Source: Lepidodermella squamata (lineage: Eukaryota; Animalia; Gastrotricha). Taken from it: DNA of 64,000 nt. The stretch lies in assembly GCA_047495785.1 (NCBI GenBank), contig JBLDXI010000007.1:620001-684000 (forward strand), in the 5' to 3' direction. Below the pieces are notes generated by a model. The model did no database searches. It was not told the DNA's origin and was given only the letters and a program-made list of their open reading frames with translations. This document shows positions 13,098 through 25,766 of this stretch, one piece after another. The position numbers and the translations under genes are program-made. Every line of letters begins with the position of its first letter. Within the stretch, counting starts at the first letter, position 1.

Positions 13098-14645
13098 CTA
13101 GAACAGAGCCTGGTCAGGATCGCCGTGCGAACCCCGAGCGTGCCACAAGCCGAATACCGACGTCAGCAATTGAACTACGCACATCCAAAAAACGGCGAAG
13201 CCGAGTGAGGATTGCCAAAGAGCTGGTGAAGCTCCTGCCGCGAGTCGGAAGCGAGACAAAGAAGTGGCGAGATCGGTAGCCAAATGAGTGATCGACTCGT
13301 CCGATGTAACTTTCGAAAGCAGCTGGCCCACCAGCTCAGCGCCTGATGGCGAAATTTGAGCAGGATTTGCAGCTACAGGAGCAGTACCATTATTATCGCA
13401 ATTTCGTCGGAAATCTTCAGGCAGCCAAGAAGCACCAAGAGCCGCCTTGAAGATCAACGCCATCATGATCACCATTAAAGCAGGAGACATGACTTGGACC
13501 GAAACTATACCGAGAGACTGAGTTGGAATATTCACCTCTCGTCTCAGATCGACAGGCTTTTCAGCGGGCCTGCCAGGATTGACGGCGTTAATTTTGGTCA
13601 GCAGGTGATTCACTCGTTTTTCAGCGCTATCTAAATGCGTTTGCAGGAGAGGCGTGGAAATCAAAAGGTGAACCACCCCCATGAAAAGCATAGCACCAGC
13701 TCTGATTGCATTCAGTTTATCCTCGATTCCAGGTAAATTCATGTTAAATAAAGCTGAAGTTACTGGCTGCATCCACAGAAGGACGACGATTAATGGAGTA
13801 ACGAGAGCCACGTGCAATAAAGTTCGAGTCAAATAGAAAGAGATAGCATCCAGCCATGATCCAGAATATTGAAATTCTCTCTGAGTAGCTGCGGAGTAAA
13901 GCTTTGCAAATCGCAGGCCAGGAAATGTCAGCAGAGTTCCAAAGACTCCGGCAAAAACTGCCAATAATCCTCGGTAGAGGTTGAAATGAAATTGCGGGGC
14001 TTCCGCAACATCTGTCACATTCATTGAGTAATTGAGAGCAGCTGCCAGGGCATTTTCTATAACTTGATGTGACTCACGCAGCTTCAAGTCGGCGAAGTTG
14101 TCAGGAAATGAAAGCACGACCATTGACAGCAATGCGAACAAGCATCCGGCCATCAAGCAAACTGACAAAAACGATGATTCTCGCATAAAAATGCGAAGAG
14201 TAACAAATAGAGACCGAAGCCCGAGACCAAGGGCGATCCAGCACCAGACTAAGCTAAGATTCGTTTCGCTAGCTGCCTCGCATGGATAAATGAGCGCCCG
14301 TATATCAGCAATTGAAAGAACAAAAACCGAAGCCAATGCGAAATCGAACACGACTTCCATCTCCGTGGAAAAGGCGATGTTGCTCATGTCAGCCAGTGAC
14401 AACGGAATGCGATACAAGACGTCGTTTTCAGCACTCAATGCTGCATCTTTAGCGCCACCTTTCTTTCTGTTCTTTTGCCGATTGTTGCCAGATTTGCCAT
14501 CATCGTCCGCAACTTTCGGAGGCATGGCATATCGATGAAGAACAGTAGAGAACCATTGCGAACATGGAGCGAATCGGGGCAACAGACGATGGGCGAAAGT
14601 CGCTGTGATCATAGTTAAAACAATATGAAACCCAAATATCGCCAT
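13098..14645 (-). CDS. TMEM161: Transmembrane protein 161, single exon
   Basis: N-terminus MAIFGFHIVLTMITATFAHRLLPRF, plus ETNLSLVWC and LLTFPGLRFAKL motifs; multiple TM segments. Confidence 0.85.
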   Translation of the reverse strand: MAIFGFHIVLTMITATFAHRLLPRFAPCSQWFSTVLHRYAMPPKVADDDGKSGNNRQKNRKKGGAKDAALSAENDVLYRIPLSLADMSNIAFSTEMEVVFDFALASVFVLSIADIRALIYPCEAASETNLSLVWCWIALGLGLRSLFVTLRIFMRESSFLSVCLMAGCLFALLSMVVLSFPDNFADLKLRESHQVIENALAAALNYSMNVTDVAEAPQFHFNLYRGLLAVFAGVFGTLLTFPGLRFAKLYSAATQREFQYSGSWLDAISFYLTRTLLHVALVTPLIVVLLWMQPVTSALFNMNLPGIEDKLNAIRAGAMLFMGVVHLLISTPLLQTHLDSAEKRVNHLLTKINAVNPGRPAEKPVDLRREVNIPTQSLGIVSVQVMSPALMVIMMALIFKAALGASWLPEDFRRNCDNNGTAPVAANPAQISPSGAELVGQLLSKVTSDESITHLATDLATSLSRFRLAAGASPALWQSSLGFAVFWMCVVQLLTSVFGLWHARGSHGDPDQALF

Positions 14646-15090
14646 ATTTCGCAATTATTAGATACAACCCCTACAAGTGAATCAAAAATGTACAATTCTA
14701 ATTAGCACTCTGAGCTATTGATAATTGAATCAAAGTCTAAAAATTCATGAGTCGCACCACCAATCAAATGTATTTAGTTAGTGAGCTTTTGATATAAAAT
14801 TAATTGGACACAAGTAAGATCGTTATATTTTGCAAGAAGCGTACCGAACAAATTCTGCCTATCGCTAAAGCATTCTGGCTCAGTGTCCCGGTCAAATGCG
14901 GGTGGTCATTCAAATATCTAGGCATTTCTTTCGCAGTCAACCTCAACTGGAACTAGCTTCTACTGGTGTGTCACGTGACCTCAAGTCCCGCTCGTCTCTC
15001 AGTTGAAGAAAGAACTGGCAGCGCACTCTACGGAGCACAACTATTAGCAGCGTTTACGGGCTCGGAGATAGATCGGTCGATGCTGATGGC

Positions 15091-15297
15091 GCCGTTTCCA
15101 ATTTCGTTGGTAGAAGAGCGCTCTCAGAGGGATCGCTATCAGATGGTCAAGATTAAGGTTAAGGTTAGGTTTAGGGTTAGTTTTAGGGTTAGGGGTTAGG
15201 GTTAGGGTTAAGGTTAGGTTGGGGGTGGGGTGCCCTCTGAGTAATCTGAGAGGGAGCCCTCTGAGAGCGCACATCTGCCAACGAAATTGGAGGAGGC
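15091..15297. mobile_element. MITE (~207 bp) with ~40-bp TIRs, 8-bp TSD and internal TTAGGG-like array
   Basis: TCCAATTTCGTTGGTAGAAGAGCGCTCTCAGAGGG (15097-15131) is matched by its reverse complement at 15257-15291 with 3 mismatches. CTGATGGC is duplicated at 15083-15090 and 15298-15305. Confidence 0.8.
15151..15230 (+). repeat. Degenerate telomere-like (TTAGGG)n array
   Basis: TTAAGG/TTAGGT/TTAGGG units, including GGGTTAGGGGTTAGGGTTAGGG. Confidence 0.85.
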
Positions 15298-15955
15298 CTG
15301 ATGGCGCATGAACCGGCCTGGAGGCTGAACACATGCACCTTCAACATTTGAATGTCATATAAGTTTGGCCTGTTTGAAAGTGGTACAAGCCAAAATGATG
15401 AGCGTAACCTTATTCTCAAGCTTCACTTATGTTTCACTGATTTGCTAGAATCTAGGGTCTGGGGCTTTAATGCAATTCTCCTAACCCTAAACCCAGCAGG
15501 AACTCGCCGGTCGCCGGTCTCCACTGCGCACTGAGACCAGATGCACTTGATAATCTCCGTCCGCATCAAGAAAACGTCAGATCGCATGTGTAAAAAATAA
15601 TTAAAGTTTAGCCGATTTCAAAGAAATTTTTATTATTTAATAAACGTGAAAAACAAGTTAACGCGCTAAGTTATTCATTTTTCTGTTTGTTCTTTCGAAC
15701 CTCTTCGTTTACGACGCAGTCTTATCGCAGAATCATGCATCCTCCTGCGCATCAAGTAGGAGAAACCCGGCCTGTTTCTAATCTAGCTCGTATAACCCTC
15801 AACCCTCCATCAGGAATATCTCATAATACTCTGGTTAAAAATCGCCAGATGATTAAGTAACCTCAAACGCTTTCGTTCAAGATCCAATTTCGGTGAGCAA
15901 GCATGATTCATTTAAAGTGTCAATTTTTCAATCTTAGTTATGTTAACTGGTGATC

Positions 15956-18748
15956 ATGACTTCAGCAGCGAGTAATTTTGTTGCTGATTTGAAACGTATT
16001 ACGCGGAATAAACGGAGAGCGGCTGAGATTTTACAATCCACTGAATCATACTATTCCGAGTTGACCAAACAACTAGTTTCTGGCGTAAATGGCCTTCAAT
16101 CAAAAGCTGATAACGTGGATGCCGATATTCCAGTTCACGCTGAGCTCTCCTTGAATGATATTGAGAAACTGTCACGTCAATTCGCTGCACCAGTTGTTCT
16201 TGTCGTGGGTGGTTCCAGGTGCTCATGTGTTGCTTTGTTGCTCCGCCGTCTCCTGGGCCGGCCAGTATTTTCGGACGGCGCTGAATGCCCCGATGCACAT
16301 AACGGAAAGCCGTGCCAAATTCGCAATGTGCGTATTCAATACGGGCCTAGTAATCGCGTTACATTCTCCAATGGACAAAGTGTCTGGTTAAACAACAACA
16401 GTTCTGGCAATCAAAGCCAACCACTTGTTGATTCCGCCATTTTACACTCGTCATCAGTTCCTAATTCTACTGTGACGTGGTCATCATGGTTCTCATCAGA
16501 TCTATCGTTGGAAATAGAGCTGGCCGGTATACAACTGCTCCGAAGTGTCACTATTCGTGTGTCAAAGCAATCTACATTGTCTGGCGTGCTTGAATTCGCA
16601 TCGACTTTATTAACTTCGGCTCAACCAATCGTATTATTCTGTGGAAGTGAGCTATCAGCATCGCTTATTCCTCATCAGCTCATACAAAATAGCGAGATTC
16701 CGGTTGCCGTTGTTTCGTCATTTGTTCCAAACCATTCTAGTCGCAATTCAGAAATAGAATCTGCCATCAGCAGTAGTGCAAGCAGCATTCGAATTGTTTC
16801 CACAAGGAAAAATGGTCATAAACGACGTTCACGAACAGGTCTTCGTGGTAGCGACTCTTCTGACGGCGTTGTTGTGTTTTCAATTATGGAACTGGAAAAA
16901 GCAACGAGCAACTTGATGGCTAATCTGCAAAAGAGCATTAGCGAGTCCGTTGGAATATTAGCTGCAGATCATGAACGAGTTCTTTCCGAGCTTATCGACT
17001 GGTCATATGCGATGACCCGTGATTCGCAACTCACGGCGAGTCGTTTGGAATTTGTCAAGGACCGATGTCTAGAAATGCATAAATTGCTACGGTCGCTAGC
17101 CTCGGAAAAGGTCCCTTACATTGTTACTCAATGCCTAATTCGCATTAGGAAAAAAGTTCAGATGCGACTGAGTGGACCATCCAACACGTCAATGGCGATT
17201 TCGACGACAATGGAGAAGGACGGACCTATCTCTTGCGAAGTCATGTTGCAAGAGCTCGCGCTTGACATCGAATCTCGTCTTGCTTTTGAAGCCGCCTCGT
17301 CATATTCGTCCTTCATCGAAACCCTATTTCGCTGCATAAATTCGCTGGAGGATCTTGTTAGTTCGCAAGGGGCGATATCGGCCCTCGATGAAATGACCAG
17401 AATAACCCAGAGTTTAAACATACCCGTTGAAGTTGGATCATCAGGCCTGAAGAAATTGGCTGTGCGTTTCCGCCGCTTGATTTCTTCCTCTCAGAACAAA
17501 GATTCTGTTATAGATGACATTGAACTGAAGTTGATATTAGATTCCTTGTCCACAATCAGTGATTCAAAACTGTCGAATCATATCACTAACGAGTTGGTTA
17601 TTCGTCTAGAGAAAGCCTATGACAACTTCGTGACAGCAATCAATCAGCTTATAACTGCTCACGAGATACGTTTAAATCGCCTGGACGCATTTAGATGCCG
17701 AATTCGTCGCCACATGGCTCCGAAAGTCGCATCCTTATACCTCGAATCGATTTCTCTACGTGATTTGATTGCATTTGGCCGTCCGGCTGTCGGCCGTGAA
17801 CTGGGGCGTGGTCAATATGGAGTGGTTTATTCTTGCGAAAAATGGGGACCTTTTCGCCGCTTGGCCGTTAAATCTGTCGTACCGGCTGACGAGCGACATT
17901 GGGGTGAACTCGCCCTAGAACTCTACCATGCTCGACATTTACCTGAGCATCCTAATTTGTTAACGTTACGCGGATCTTTGATTGGCTACTCGAACTTTGA
18001 CGATACCGAAAGTAGATTAACGGCGGTTTTGGTTGTCACGGATCGCATGACGAGTGACTTGCATGTTGCAATGCAGCGAGGTGGGCTATCTTGGGCTACA
18101 CGTTTAACGATCACTATCGACATTTGCGAAGCTCTACGTTTTCTCCACAATCGCGGCTTGGTTCATAGAGATGTGAAATTGAAGAATGTGCTACTCGATA
18201 GTAGAAATCGGGCTCGACTTGCTGATTTGGGTTTCTGCCAGCCAGCCGCCTTAATAGCTGGTTCCATTGTTGGAACGCCTATTCACATGGCTCCTGAATT
18301 GCTGAACAATCATTTCCAAAGTCGTCAGCATCAAGCGCTTGATTCAAGCTCTACGAAACGATTCGGCGCTTTGCCTGTCCACGATTCGCCCGATCTACTG
18401 GCCGCGATTGATGTCTACGCGTTTGGTATTCTGCTTTGGTACGTCTGCTCCGGCCAAACTCGTCTGCCAAAAGCATTTCGTGAGTGCGATAACAGAGACG
18501 TTTTATGGGCGGCTGTTCGCCGTGGCGCTAGGCCCGAGCGGTTACCTCAATTCACGAAGGCATCCTGGGAGCTGATGGAGGCTTGCTGGGCAGCTGACCC
18601 GGCAAAACGACCTCACATCGGAACAGTTCATATGATTCTATCTGAAATGCTACATGATTTGGCCTCTCATCCTGGCCTGGAGCCAAGTTTTTCCGAGTCA
18701 CTCGATGTCGCTGAAGTCAACCACACGTCAAAATCGAAATCAAAATGA
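15956..18748 (+). CDS. DSTYK: Dual serine/threonine and tyrosine protein kinase (Dusty), single exon
   Basis: ELGRGQYGVVYSC..WG...AVKSVVPADERHWGELALE, HRDVKLKNVLLD, DLGFC, GSIVGTPIHMAPEL and GARPERLPQF are characteristic DSTYK motifs. Confidence 0.92.
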   Translation: MTSAASNFVADLKRITRNKRRAAEILQSTESYYSELTKQLVSGVNGLQSKADNVDADIPVHAELSLNDIEKLSRQFAAPVVLVVGGSRCSCVALLLRRLLGRPVFSDGAECPDAHNGKPCQIRNVRIQYGPSNRVTFSNGQSVWLNNNSSGNQSQPLVDSAILHSSSVPNSTVTWSSWFSSDLSLEIELAGIQLLRSVTIRVSKQSTLSGVLEFASTLLTSAQPIVLFCGSELSASLIPHQLIQNSEIPVAVVSSFVPNHSSRNSEIESAISSSASSIRIVSTRKNGHKRRSRTGLRGSDSSDGVVVFSIMELEKATSNLMANLQKSISESVGILAADHERVLSELIDWSYAMTRDSQLTASRLEFVKDRCLEMHKLLRSLASEKVPYIVTQCLIRIRKKVQMRLSGPSNTSMAISTTMEKDGPISCEVMLQELALDIESRLAFEAASSYSSFIETLFRCINSLEDLVSSQGAISALDEMTRITQSLNIPVEVGSSGLKKLAVRFRRLISSSQNKDSVIDDIELKLILDSLSTISDSKLSNHITNELVIRLEKAYDNFVTAINQLITAHEIRLNRLDAFRCRIRRHMAPKVASLYLESISLRDLIAFGRPAVGRELGRGQYGVVYSCEKWGPFRRLAVKSVVPADERHWGELALELYHARHLPEHPNLLTLRGSLIGYSNFDDTESRLTAVLVVTDRMTSDLHVAMQRGGLSWATRLTITIDICEALRFLHNRGLVHRDVKLKNVLLDSRNRARLADLGFCQPAALIAGSIVGTPIHMAPELLNNHFQSRQHQALDSSSTKRFGALPVHDSPDLLAAIDVYAFGILLWYVCSGQTRLPKAFRECDNRDVLWAAVRRGARPERLPQFTKASWELMEACWAADPAKRPHIGTVHMILSEMLHDLASHPGLEPSFSESLDVAEVNHTSKSKSK

Positions 18749-19048
18749 GATGATATGCATAGTTTCTATTTATTTTGTTGCCTTATCACTAGTATTTATA
18801 AATTTTTTCGTCTTAAACAATTGTAAAATACTATTTTACGACAGCCTTGTGAAATTCAACGAATGATTATAATTGCTTTCATTTTTCACGACTTTCATTG
18901 ATCACCTGCACGATGCAATATGACTTCCATGATTTTTTTTGCCTTTTTCTACTCGATTATCAGAACAAAACTGTGTCTTATTGTTGGCAATCTTGAAACA
19001 ATACCGATTGATTATAAATTGTGTTATATATTTTTAATATAGGCAATT

Positions 19049-21065
19049 ATGAGTCATAGTAACAACAGCGCGGCTCATTCGGGGATGGTTGCCAAGCGCA
19101 TCACCAACGAAGAATTGCCAGAGTCAGGCCGTGTTGATCGAGTCAAATGGGATTTCATCTACCAAAGCGATCACGGCCTCGCTTTAAGACTTCAAGAGGA
19201 AGAATGTAAGCTTGATAATTTTTTTATTTATTCATCCTAACGAGCTTTCTAAATAACGCAGTTTCGAGTCATTTTCATAAAAATCGCGAAGAACGAAGTA
19301 TTATGCGAGAGAATCTCAAGGAGGCGAAAGTTGTTCAAACCGAGGAGGAGGAGCGCTTGCAAATCGAGAGAATGAGAGAAATCGAGCGAATGCAGGAACT
19401 TGCTCGCAGGGACGAAGAGCTGGCCAGGCAACTGCAAGAACAGGAAGAAAAACGAATATCTACTGCCCATGACCCGGAGCAAGAAAGACAAGTCAGAGCT
19501 GACGAGGTATATATTTTCAATTATCACAAAAATAAGAAACTTGCTCGATAAGTTGGGTTCTTCTATGGTTCCTCGAATCAGCATTTCAGCAATTTTTGGG
19601 ACATATAACGACCCATTTTAAAGATTTTTAGCCCATTCTAACCCATTCACTCTTTGCGTCCCAACAAATTCTAACCTAAATTTTAATTTATTTTTAGGTG
19701 CTTGCTGCTCGAATAGAAGAATATGAAAAAGCTCGAATGAAAAAGTACCGCGATTATCGCCGACGGCAGCTCGAAAACGAAGACCTGAACAGAGCGATGG
19801 CCGCTGTCAATTTGTCGTCAAACGCTATCACGCCGCCTGAGACTCCTATTGCCATCGAAGAGGAGCATTATGAGGCTGATTTTTCTGACTTCTTGAGCCA
19901 ACTACCGGATGGCTTGTCAAACGAGGAGTTGAAAGTAATTCAAGAGTTGGAAGATGGGGAACTCGCCAAGCTGTTGCAGGAGGCTGAGAGTAAACGTTCC
20001 GGCGCGAGGACTGCTGCGGAGCGGATGAAATTCATCAGAAAACGGGCTATTGAATTGCGGGATGAACAGCTAGCTCGAGTTGTTCAACAACGAGAAATCC
20101 ATCGATTCAACGAAAGAAAAGCTAAATCCATGTCATCAAATCCTATTTACGAGCCGAGTGCTGCGGCGTTTCCTACACCACCCTCGTCAGCTCATAGTTC
20201 GGCTAGAATCAGTTCAACCACGCAGTATTCAGGGGTGTCAAGGCCGCCTCCTGCCCCACCAATGACCGAGCCTGTCAGATCTCCCATGGCTAGTGACGAC
20301 GTTTACGCGAATTGGAGTGAGCAGAGAGCTCCAGTTCCTTTGGCCAGACCGAAACTGATTGAACCAACGACGCCGAGTAGGCCGGCGAGCAGCTATGTCC
20401 ATCAAAGATCTGATAGCTATATGGGAGCAGTTACTAGGCCACCTTCGATGGCTAGAGCAGCCCCACCCGAGCGTCCACCGCCTCCATCTTCCAGGTCAAT
20501 CAGTCACGTTCAAGACGATTATCTCACCCCGAACAGCCTTTTGGAAGGTACTGGAAATGGATATAATCCGCCTAATACCACGCATCAGATTCAGCCATCG
20601 GCCTCCTTTTCGCAAGTTGAATCGACCGAGTACGAATTACCGCCTGAGTTGAACCAGCCCGTTGACATTGACTATTCTGACATTGCTGCTAGTCGAAGCC
20701 GTCGTCAACAGCGAATGAGCGTCCCCAGTTTTCACTCATCAATGCAGCCAGGGTCTTCGGATCGAAGAACGTCTGGTGAAATTTTTAGTTTTAGAGTTTT
20801 TTTATTCATGATTTGGGTATTTTTCCCAGCGCAAATTCCGCCCTTGGCTTTACCAGTTGTTTCTCCGGGCGCTCCGCCAACGGCCTTACCTCCTGCACAT
20901 CGAATCCACGCCAATAGTCAGCACAACAATGTTCAAGTGCCTTCAAGCGAACCGGGCCAAAGTGATGGAGCGCGAGCCGTTCCAGTTGTTACAAATCCTA
21001 TGTACATCATTGAGAGGCCATCGAAATCAAAGCCGAAAAATAATTCAGACTGCAAACAGCAGTAA
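19049..21065 (+). CDS. CCDC50: CCDC50 (Ymer)-like protein; exons 19049-19205, 19262-19506, 19698-~20775, ~20831-21065
   Basis: V..V..DF....DHGLALRLQEEE|FSSHFHKNREER..RENLKEAKVVQ matches the CCDC50 N-domain. Repeated MIU-like DEELARQLQEQE motifs; Pro-rich C-terminal half. Confidence 0.75.
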
Positions 21066-22600
21066 AAATATGTATTTCTCGATCTTCAACGTTTGATCCT
21101 TCATTTTCTGATATGCATTGTTGAGGTGATTTTCTACTGTTATTGTTTCTTTTTTTGATTGATGATTCTACGCACATGGGATCAATTTTTTCGCATAATT
21201 GTGTAATTTTATCTGGCTATACTGGTTCTGAACAAAAACAAGCTCAGTTTGCACTACGAAACAACAGTATTTCCATTCCACATGGGGTTAACTTGTGCGA
21301 ATAAGGGAAATCTTCGAGTAATCTGAAACTCTTCCACTTTTTCACTTCATCTGAATGCTCTTTTTCATAATTTATTACCTATCAAAGAATCTATGACACG
21401 CGTTTTAATATATGCAATTTCTACTAATAGAATAACTCAAGGTTATTGCCTTGATCAACGGGTTGTGGTTATGATATGCCTGTTTTATTTTAAAAATATA
21501 TCACACTGTGCAGTGCTCTTTGACGTGCTAGGTTGAATGGCTCGTTGAAGTGACATGATAAATTATATTTAAAAAATATATCATAAATTATAAATTATTA
21601 GTGAAAATAAAAATAGAATTTGATAATTCCAACTTTTTATTTTGAAAGAGCGAGAAATCAGTTGCTGAATTCAGCAGGTGAATTAAAGGACCGAAGTTGC
21701 CTTCGATTGCGAGTGTTATTCTCAACGGGAGCGAGGTATTAAAAAGCAATTTTTGCAGCTTCTGGTCATTATCGAATGGATTAGCACAGTCTACTAAAGA
21801 AAACATAGAGGTCGCGAAAATAAGCTCAATGAAAGCCTTGAGTAAAGTAGGAGAAGCTTTTACCTAGACTATACGCTGAACGCAGGTTAGCAGAATTTCA
21901 ATCAGCTGTTTTATCGAACTAAATCGCCACAGCGATTATTTTTTCGTATAATTCTTGAATCATGTTTTTGAAAAATAGAGACAGTCGTCGATGTGTTCCT
22001 TATATGATGCGACGCCTACGGTTCGCTATCGCTAATCTGTATAGATCCAGTCAAGAGTACTCCAGACAATATAACAGCCCTTTCCCGCAAAAAATACTCA
22101 GCACGTCTACCTAGCATTCATGTCGAAAAAGAAGCGATTAAGTCAAATAGCAGAAAAATCAGGTGCGGCAAATATAGACAAATTTAGTTAATATTAGGCT
22201 ATTTATGCAATTCTCATCACCCAATATAATTCTCATAGATGTTACATGGACTAAATGTTACTTTTAATCATATTTTGACTGCTTTTTTTGATCAATATCA
22301 TCCGACAGAACAATTACGAGCTTGATGGCCTCGAATTTTGAGTGTAAAACGTACAAGCCAAGCCATATAGCCTTGGGAAGTTGGCTTATCCTCTTGTGCC
22401 CAACGTACTATAAATGTCTACTTGTTGACATTCAAAAACAATTTTTATCAAAAATTGCCTCTTGGCAAATAGTACCTATACAGCGAAAGTCAGTCCACTC
22501 CCCCTTGAATGAATTTTCTTTTTGCCTGAGTGAAATTCATAGATTATCTATATCGTAAACTAATTTTAGACAAATAAATTTATTCACTACGGGTCTGCCA

Positions 22601-23798
22601 ATGTATTGCTTTCGAAAGGCCGATATAAGGCCTCCAGAGAACGCGGTGGTACCCAGTTCGGCGCCACCCATTGTCAATCCGAAACCCACCATATTACCGA
22701 ATAACCATCATCAAAGTTTCGATGAAGCGACTGCCAGAGTTTTGAACAATCGCCAACATCGCAGAGAACTGACGAGCGACGCGAGCCTTGACATGGATAG
22801 CTTGAAAATACGATCTGGTTCGAGAACTCCACCGGTTTCAAATGGATCGAATGGCCATGTATCGAACAACGGCAGTTTAGGACCGAATAGCCGACAGCAA
22901 ACTCCCAACAAACCACCGAGTCCTTCCAGATTTTTCCGAGCCCGCAGCCGGTCAGCGATTGGGGATAACGATTCTGAAATAGCTTTTAGTATGTAGTAGA
23001 TACTTTTCAATGTACAGTTATTTTATTATTGTTTTGCCTCAGATTCAGCTATTAGGAGCTTGGTAAAGCTTTCCACTGCCTTCATAAAAAAGCAAGAGTA
23101 TTCAAAGAATGTCGGGCTGGATGGGCCCCAGATTCGGCGGATGAAGGAGGTACAGATTGGCTTCTTTTTACGATTTTACGATTTTTTTACGGTACATCGT
23201 CCTATTATCCTTGATAATTTATAGGCTTTCCGGATGTTCGATAAAAATGCCGACGGCCATATAACCGCGAAGGAAATCTGTGAAGTTATGAATGGCGTGG
23301 GAATCGATATACACCTTCAGGAGGCGAAAAATTTGATCCGAAATATAGATAAAAACGGCAACGGGAAGGTCGAACTGCGAGAATTCATTAAATTTTTGTC
23401 AATGAAGGTAAGATTATTTTAGGTGCGAAATCTTAATATGCTTAATTTATGTCGACCATAAACAGTCAAACAGCGACACTGAGGATAATGAGTTGGCCAT
23501 GGCGTTTTCGATGTTCGATAAAAATAAGGATGGTCGCATTTCGTTGAGTGAAATGCAAGCTGTCCTAGAACGACTAGGCGAGCGCTTCTCCGAGGATGAG
23601 TTGAGGTAAAATCGCAGCATTTTACGTCCTTTCATAATCGAACATTTTTGTGAACCTTTCTAGGGAACTATTTTCAGATGTCGACACCGATGGCTCAGGT
23701 AATTTAGAAAGCGAATTTATAACACGATTTGCAGTTTTGTTTTGTTATCAGGTGAGATCGACTTTGAAGAGTTCAAAGAGGCTTTGAAAATTTCGTAA
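22601..23798 (+). CDS. Calmodulin-like 4-EF-hand protein with long Ser/Pro/Asn-rich N-terminal extension (6 exons)
   Basis: EF loops DKNADGHITAKE, DKNGNGKVELRE, DKNKDGRISLSE and DTDGSGEIDFEE, linked by in-phase GT-AG introns. Confidence 0.85.
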
Positions 23799-24033
23799 TG
23801 CTGGAAACTCTTTCTCTTGAACCTCGGCTAACCTGGAAATCGGCTTTTTTATAAGTAGACATCATTTATGTGAATGGACTTGTTCAAATTTATTTATTGT
23901 GATGTTCGGGCATGAATTATTAATTTTCGAAAAGGCGACAAGAAGAGAGGCGAAATAAAAAAATTATTGGCGCTTTGGAAAAGCAGAATTCGATAAAAAA
24001 AAGCTAGACAACAATGTGCGTATAAAAAATGTG

Positions 24034-25052
24034 TTATTGATGAGCTTGCGATCGGCGGCGGCGTTGTGAGATCAGAAATGAAGACCAAGCAGCATGATAA
24101 CGACTTTTGGTATCGGCATTCTTCTTATTCTTAGCCGCTTCTTCGTGAATCAGGAAGCCATCGGCAGTTGCAGCAGCAGCGGTTGTTGCCTTCAACTGTT
24201 CAAACTTTTTCACCTTGGTTTTGGACTAAAAATTTTAAATAGAAGTAATTCAAAATAAAGGAAATAACAAACTTTCTCCGTCACTTCGGCTGCGTTGTTC
24301 TCCTCCTCTTGCTCCTGATCCTGCTCCTCTTCCTCCTCGCTTGAGGAATCATGCTTCTTTTTCTTATCCTTCTTGTGCTTCTTTTCATAAGACAAGACTT
24401 CCTCGCCGCTTCTCGCCTCATCCTTATGAGCTTTTGATACTTCTTTGACGTACGACTTGGCAGCCGACTTTTCGCCATGTTTTCCGCCTTTCTTCACCGA
24501 CTTGTTGCTGAACTTGTATTTCCTTTTCTTCAGCGTTTTCGTCGTTGGTTTCGCCGTGGTGGTCGTTGGCTTCGGTGTGGTGGTCGTAGTCGATGTGGTA
24601 GTTGTAGTCGACGTGGAGGTTGATGTTACCAGCTCGGCCTCGAAATCAAGGCATTCGGTTTCGCAATTTGCAGAGCAGCACATCGTCCCGTTCTCGAGGC
24701 AGGTCAGAATTCGGCTTTTGTCATTGCAGTTTTCTGTAACAGCAATATCAGCTGCAGCCTCGCGACCGCAGAACCCGATTTCCATAGCAGCTACCAAGCT
24801 GGGCAAATCGCAGTTTCGAACGTCAAGGCTGAGATCTGCTTCCGCCCCCGGTTCATCGCCTGATCCGGTGCGTGCCTCCTCGTCAACTTCTTCGTTTTCC
24901 TCGCCGTTTTCCTCAGCGACTTCTTGAGTTTCGCCCGCACGATCTTCCTCCTCGCCAGACTCGGCCACCACGCGCGATTCATTTTCCTTCCCACATGCGA
25001 TGGGCAACAAGACGAAAAGGGCTAATATTAGAGCTATGTATGTAGGTGTCAT
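24034..25052 (-). CDS. Secreted protein with 8-Cys WAP-like domain, Thr-rich stalk and K/E-rich tail (2 exons)
   Basis: Signal peptide MTPTYIALILALFVLLPIACG; C..C..C..C..CCxxxCxxxC pattern; poly-Thr tract; intron starting 24272; stop at 24034-24036. Confidence 0.7.
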
Positions 25053-25766
25053 TTTGTTAGTGTAAATCAAGCTTGTTTATAGTAAAATGTGATTGAAATG
25101 TAGTAGGAGGCGGCTAATGAATGTTAAACCCCAAGAGTGGCTCGCGCCAACATGATGTCGCAGTGAGAGGAGGCAGATCGTGCGATTCATCTAACTGACA
25201 CGTGTCTTTTTACAGTGTTTACGAGCTCAGGCCGCGTTTCGAATCGCGTGGAGAACGGCTGGTTTCGATTTCATATCAAATCAGAAAATTTGAAAAAACA
25301 AGGCAAGCTTCAACTGATGAACGACTGTTTATTGTTTAAACGTCTGATTATGTCACAATAAAAGCCACCAGGACGAAAGACCATTTTCTCAGAGATTCTT
25401 GAAGAAAAATGTCGTCGAATAAATTATCTTGAGCGACGAAATAATAGTGGGACATGAAAAAATATAACAAACAGCTCATGCACTGCAACGAGTGTGACAA
25501 TAATAATGCATGTTCGCAAGAATACAATTATGAACAACAAGCACGGAGGTAACATTTAGAGAACATAGCGGCAATGATCGCATTAAAAATCATAGAGATC
25601 GGTTCATTTTGTTTGTTGGCCGGCCGTTTTTTTGCCAAGTTCTCGCACAAATCTTTTGGAACAAAAATTTTATCAAAAGTGCTCATCAAATATCAATTGT
25701 TACTTTGTACAGAGAACTAAGTTTGAAAGAGATTCAAATTGGTAAAAGGCTACAAGAAGTTATTAT

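Noticed and set aside
15151-15230. TTAGGG array as a chromosome end or fusion scar
   Set aside because: It is short, degenerate and enclosed by TIRs and a TSD, so it is transposon cargo.
22170-22190. AATTTGTCTA on the minus strand, resembling a U7 Sm site
   Set aside because: The upstream sequence is not complementary to the histone downstream element and there is no 3' hairpin. No U7 gene is supported in this window.
24650-24830. Insulin-like look of CDLPSLVAAMEIGFCG and CCxxxC
   Set aside because: The last Cys spacing is x3 rather than x8, there are two extra Cys, and the paralog does not keep the B-chain pattern. A WAP-like order fits better.
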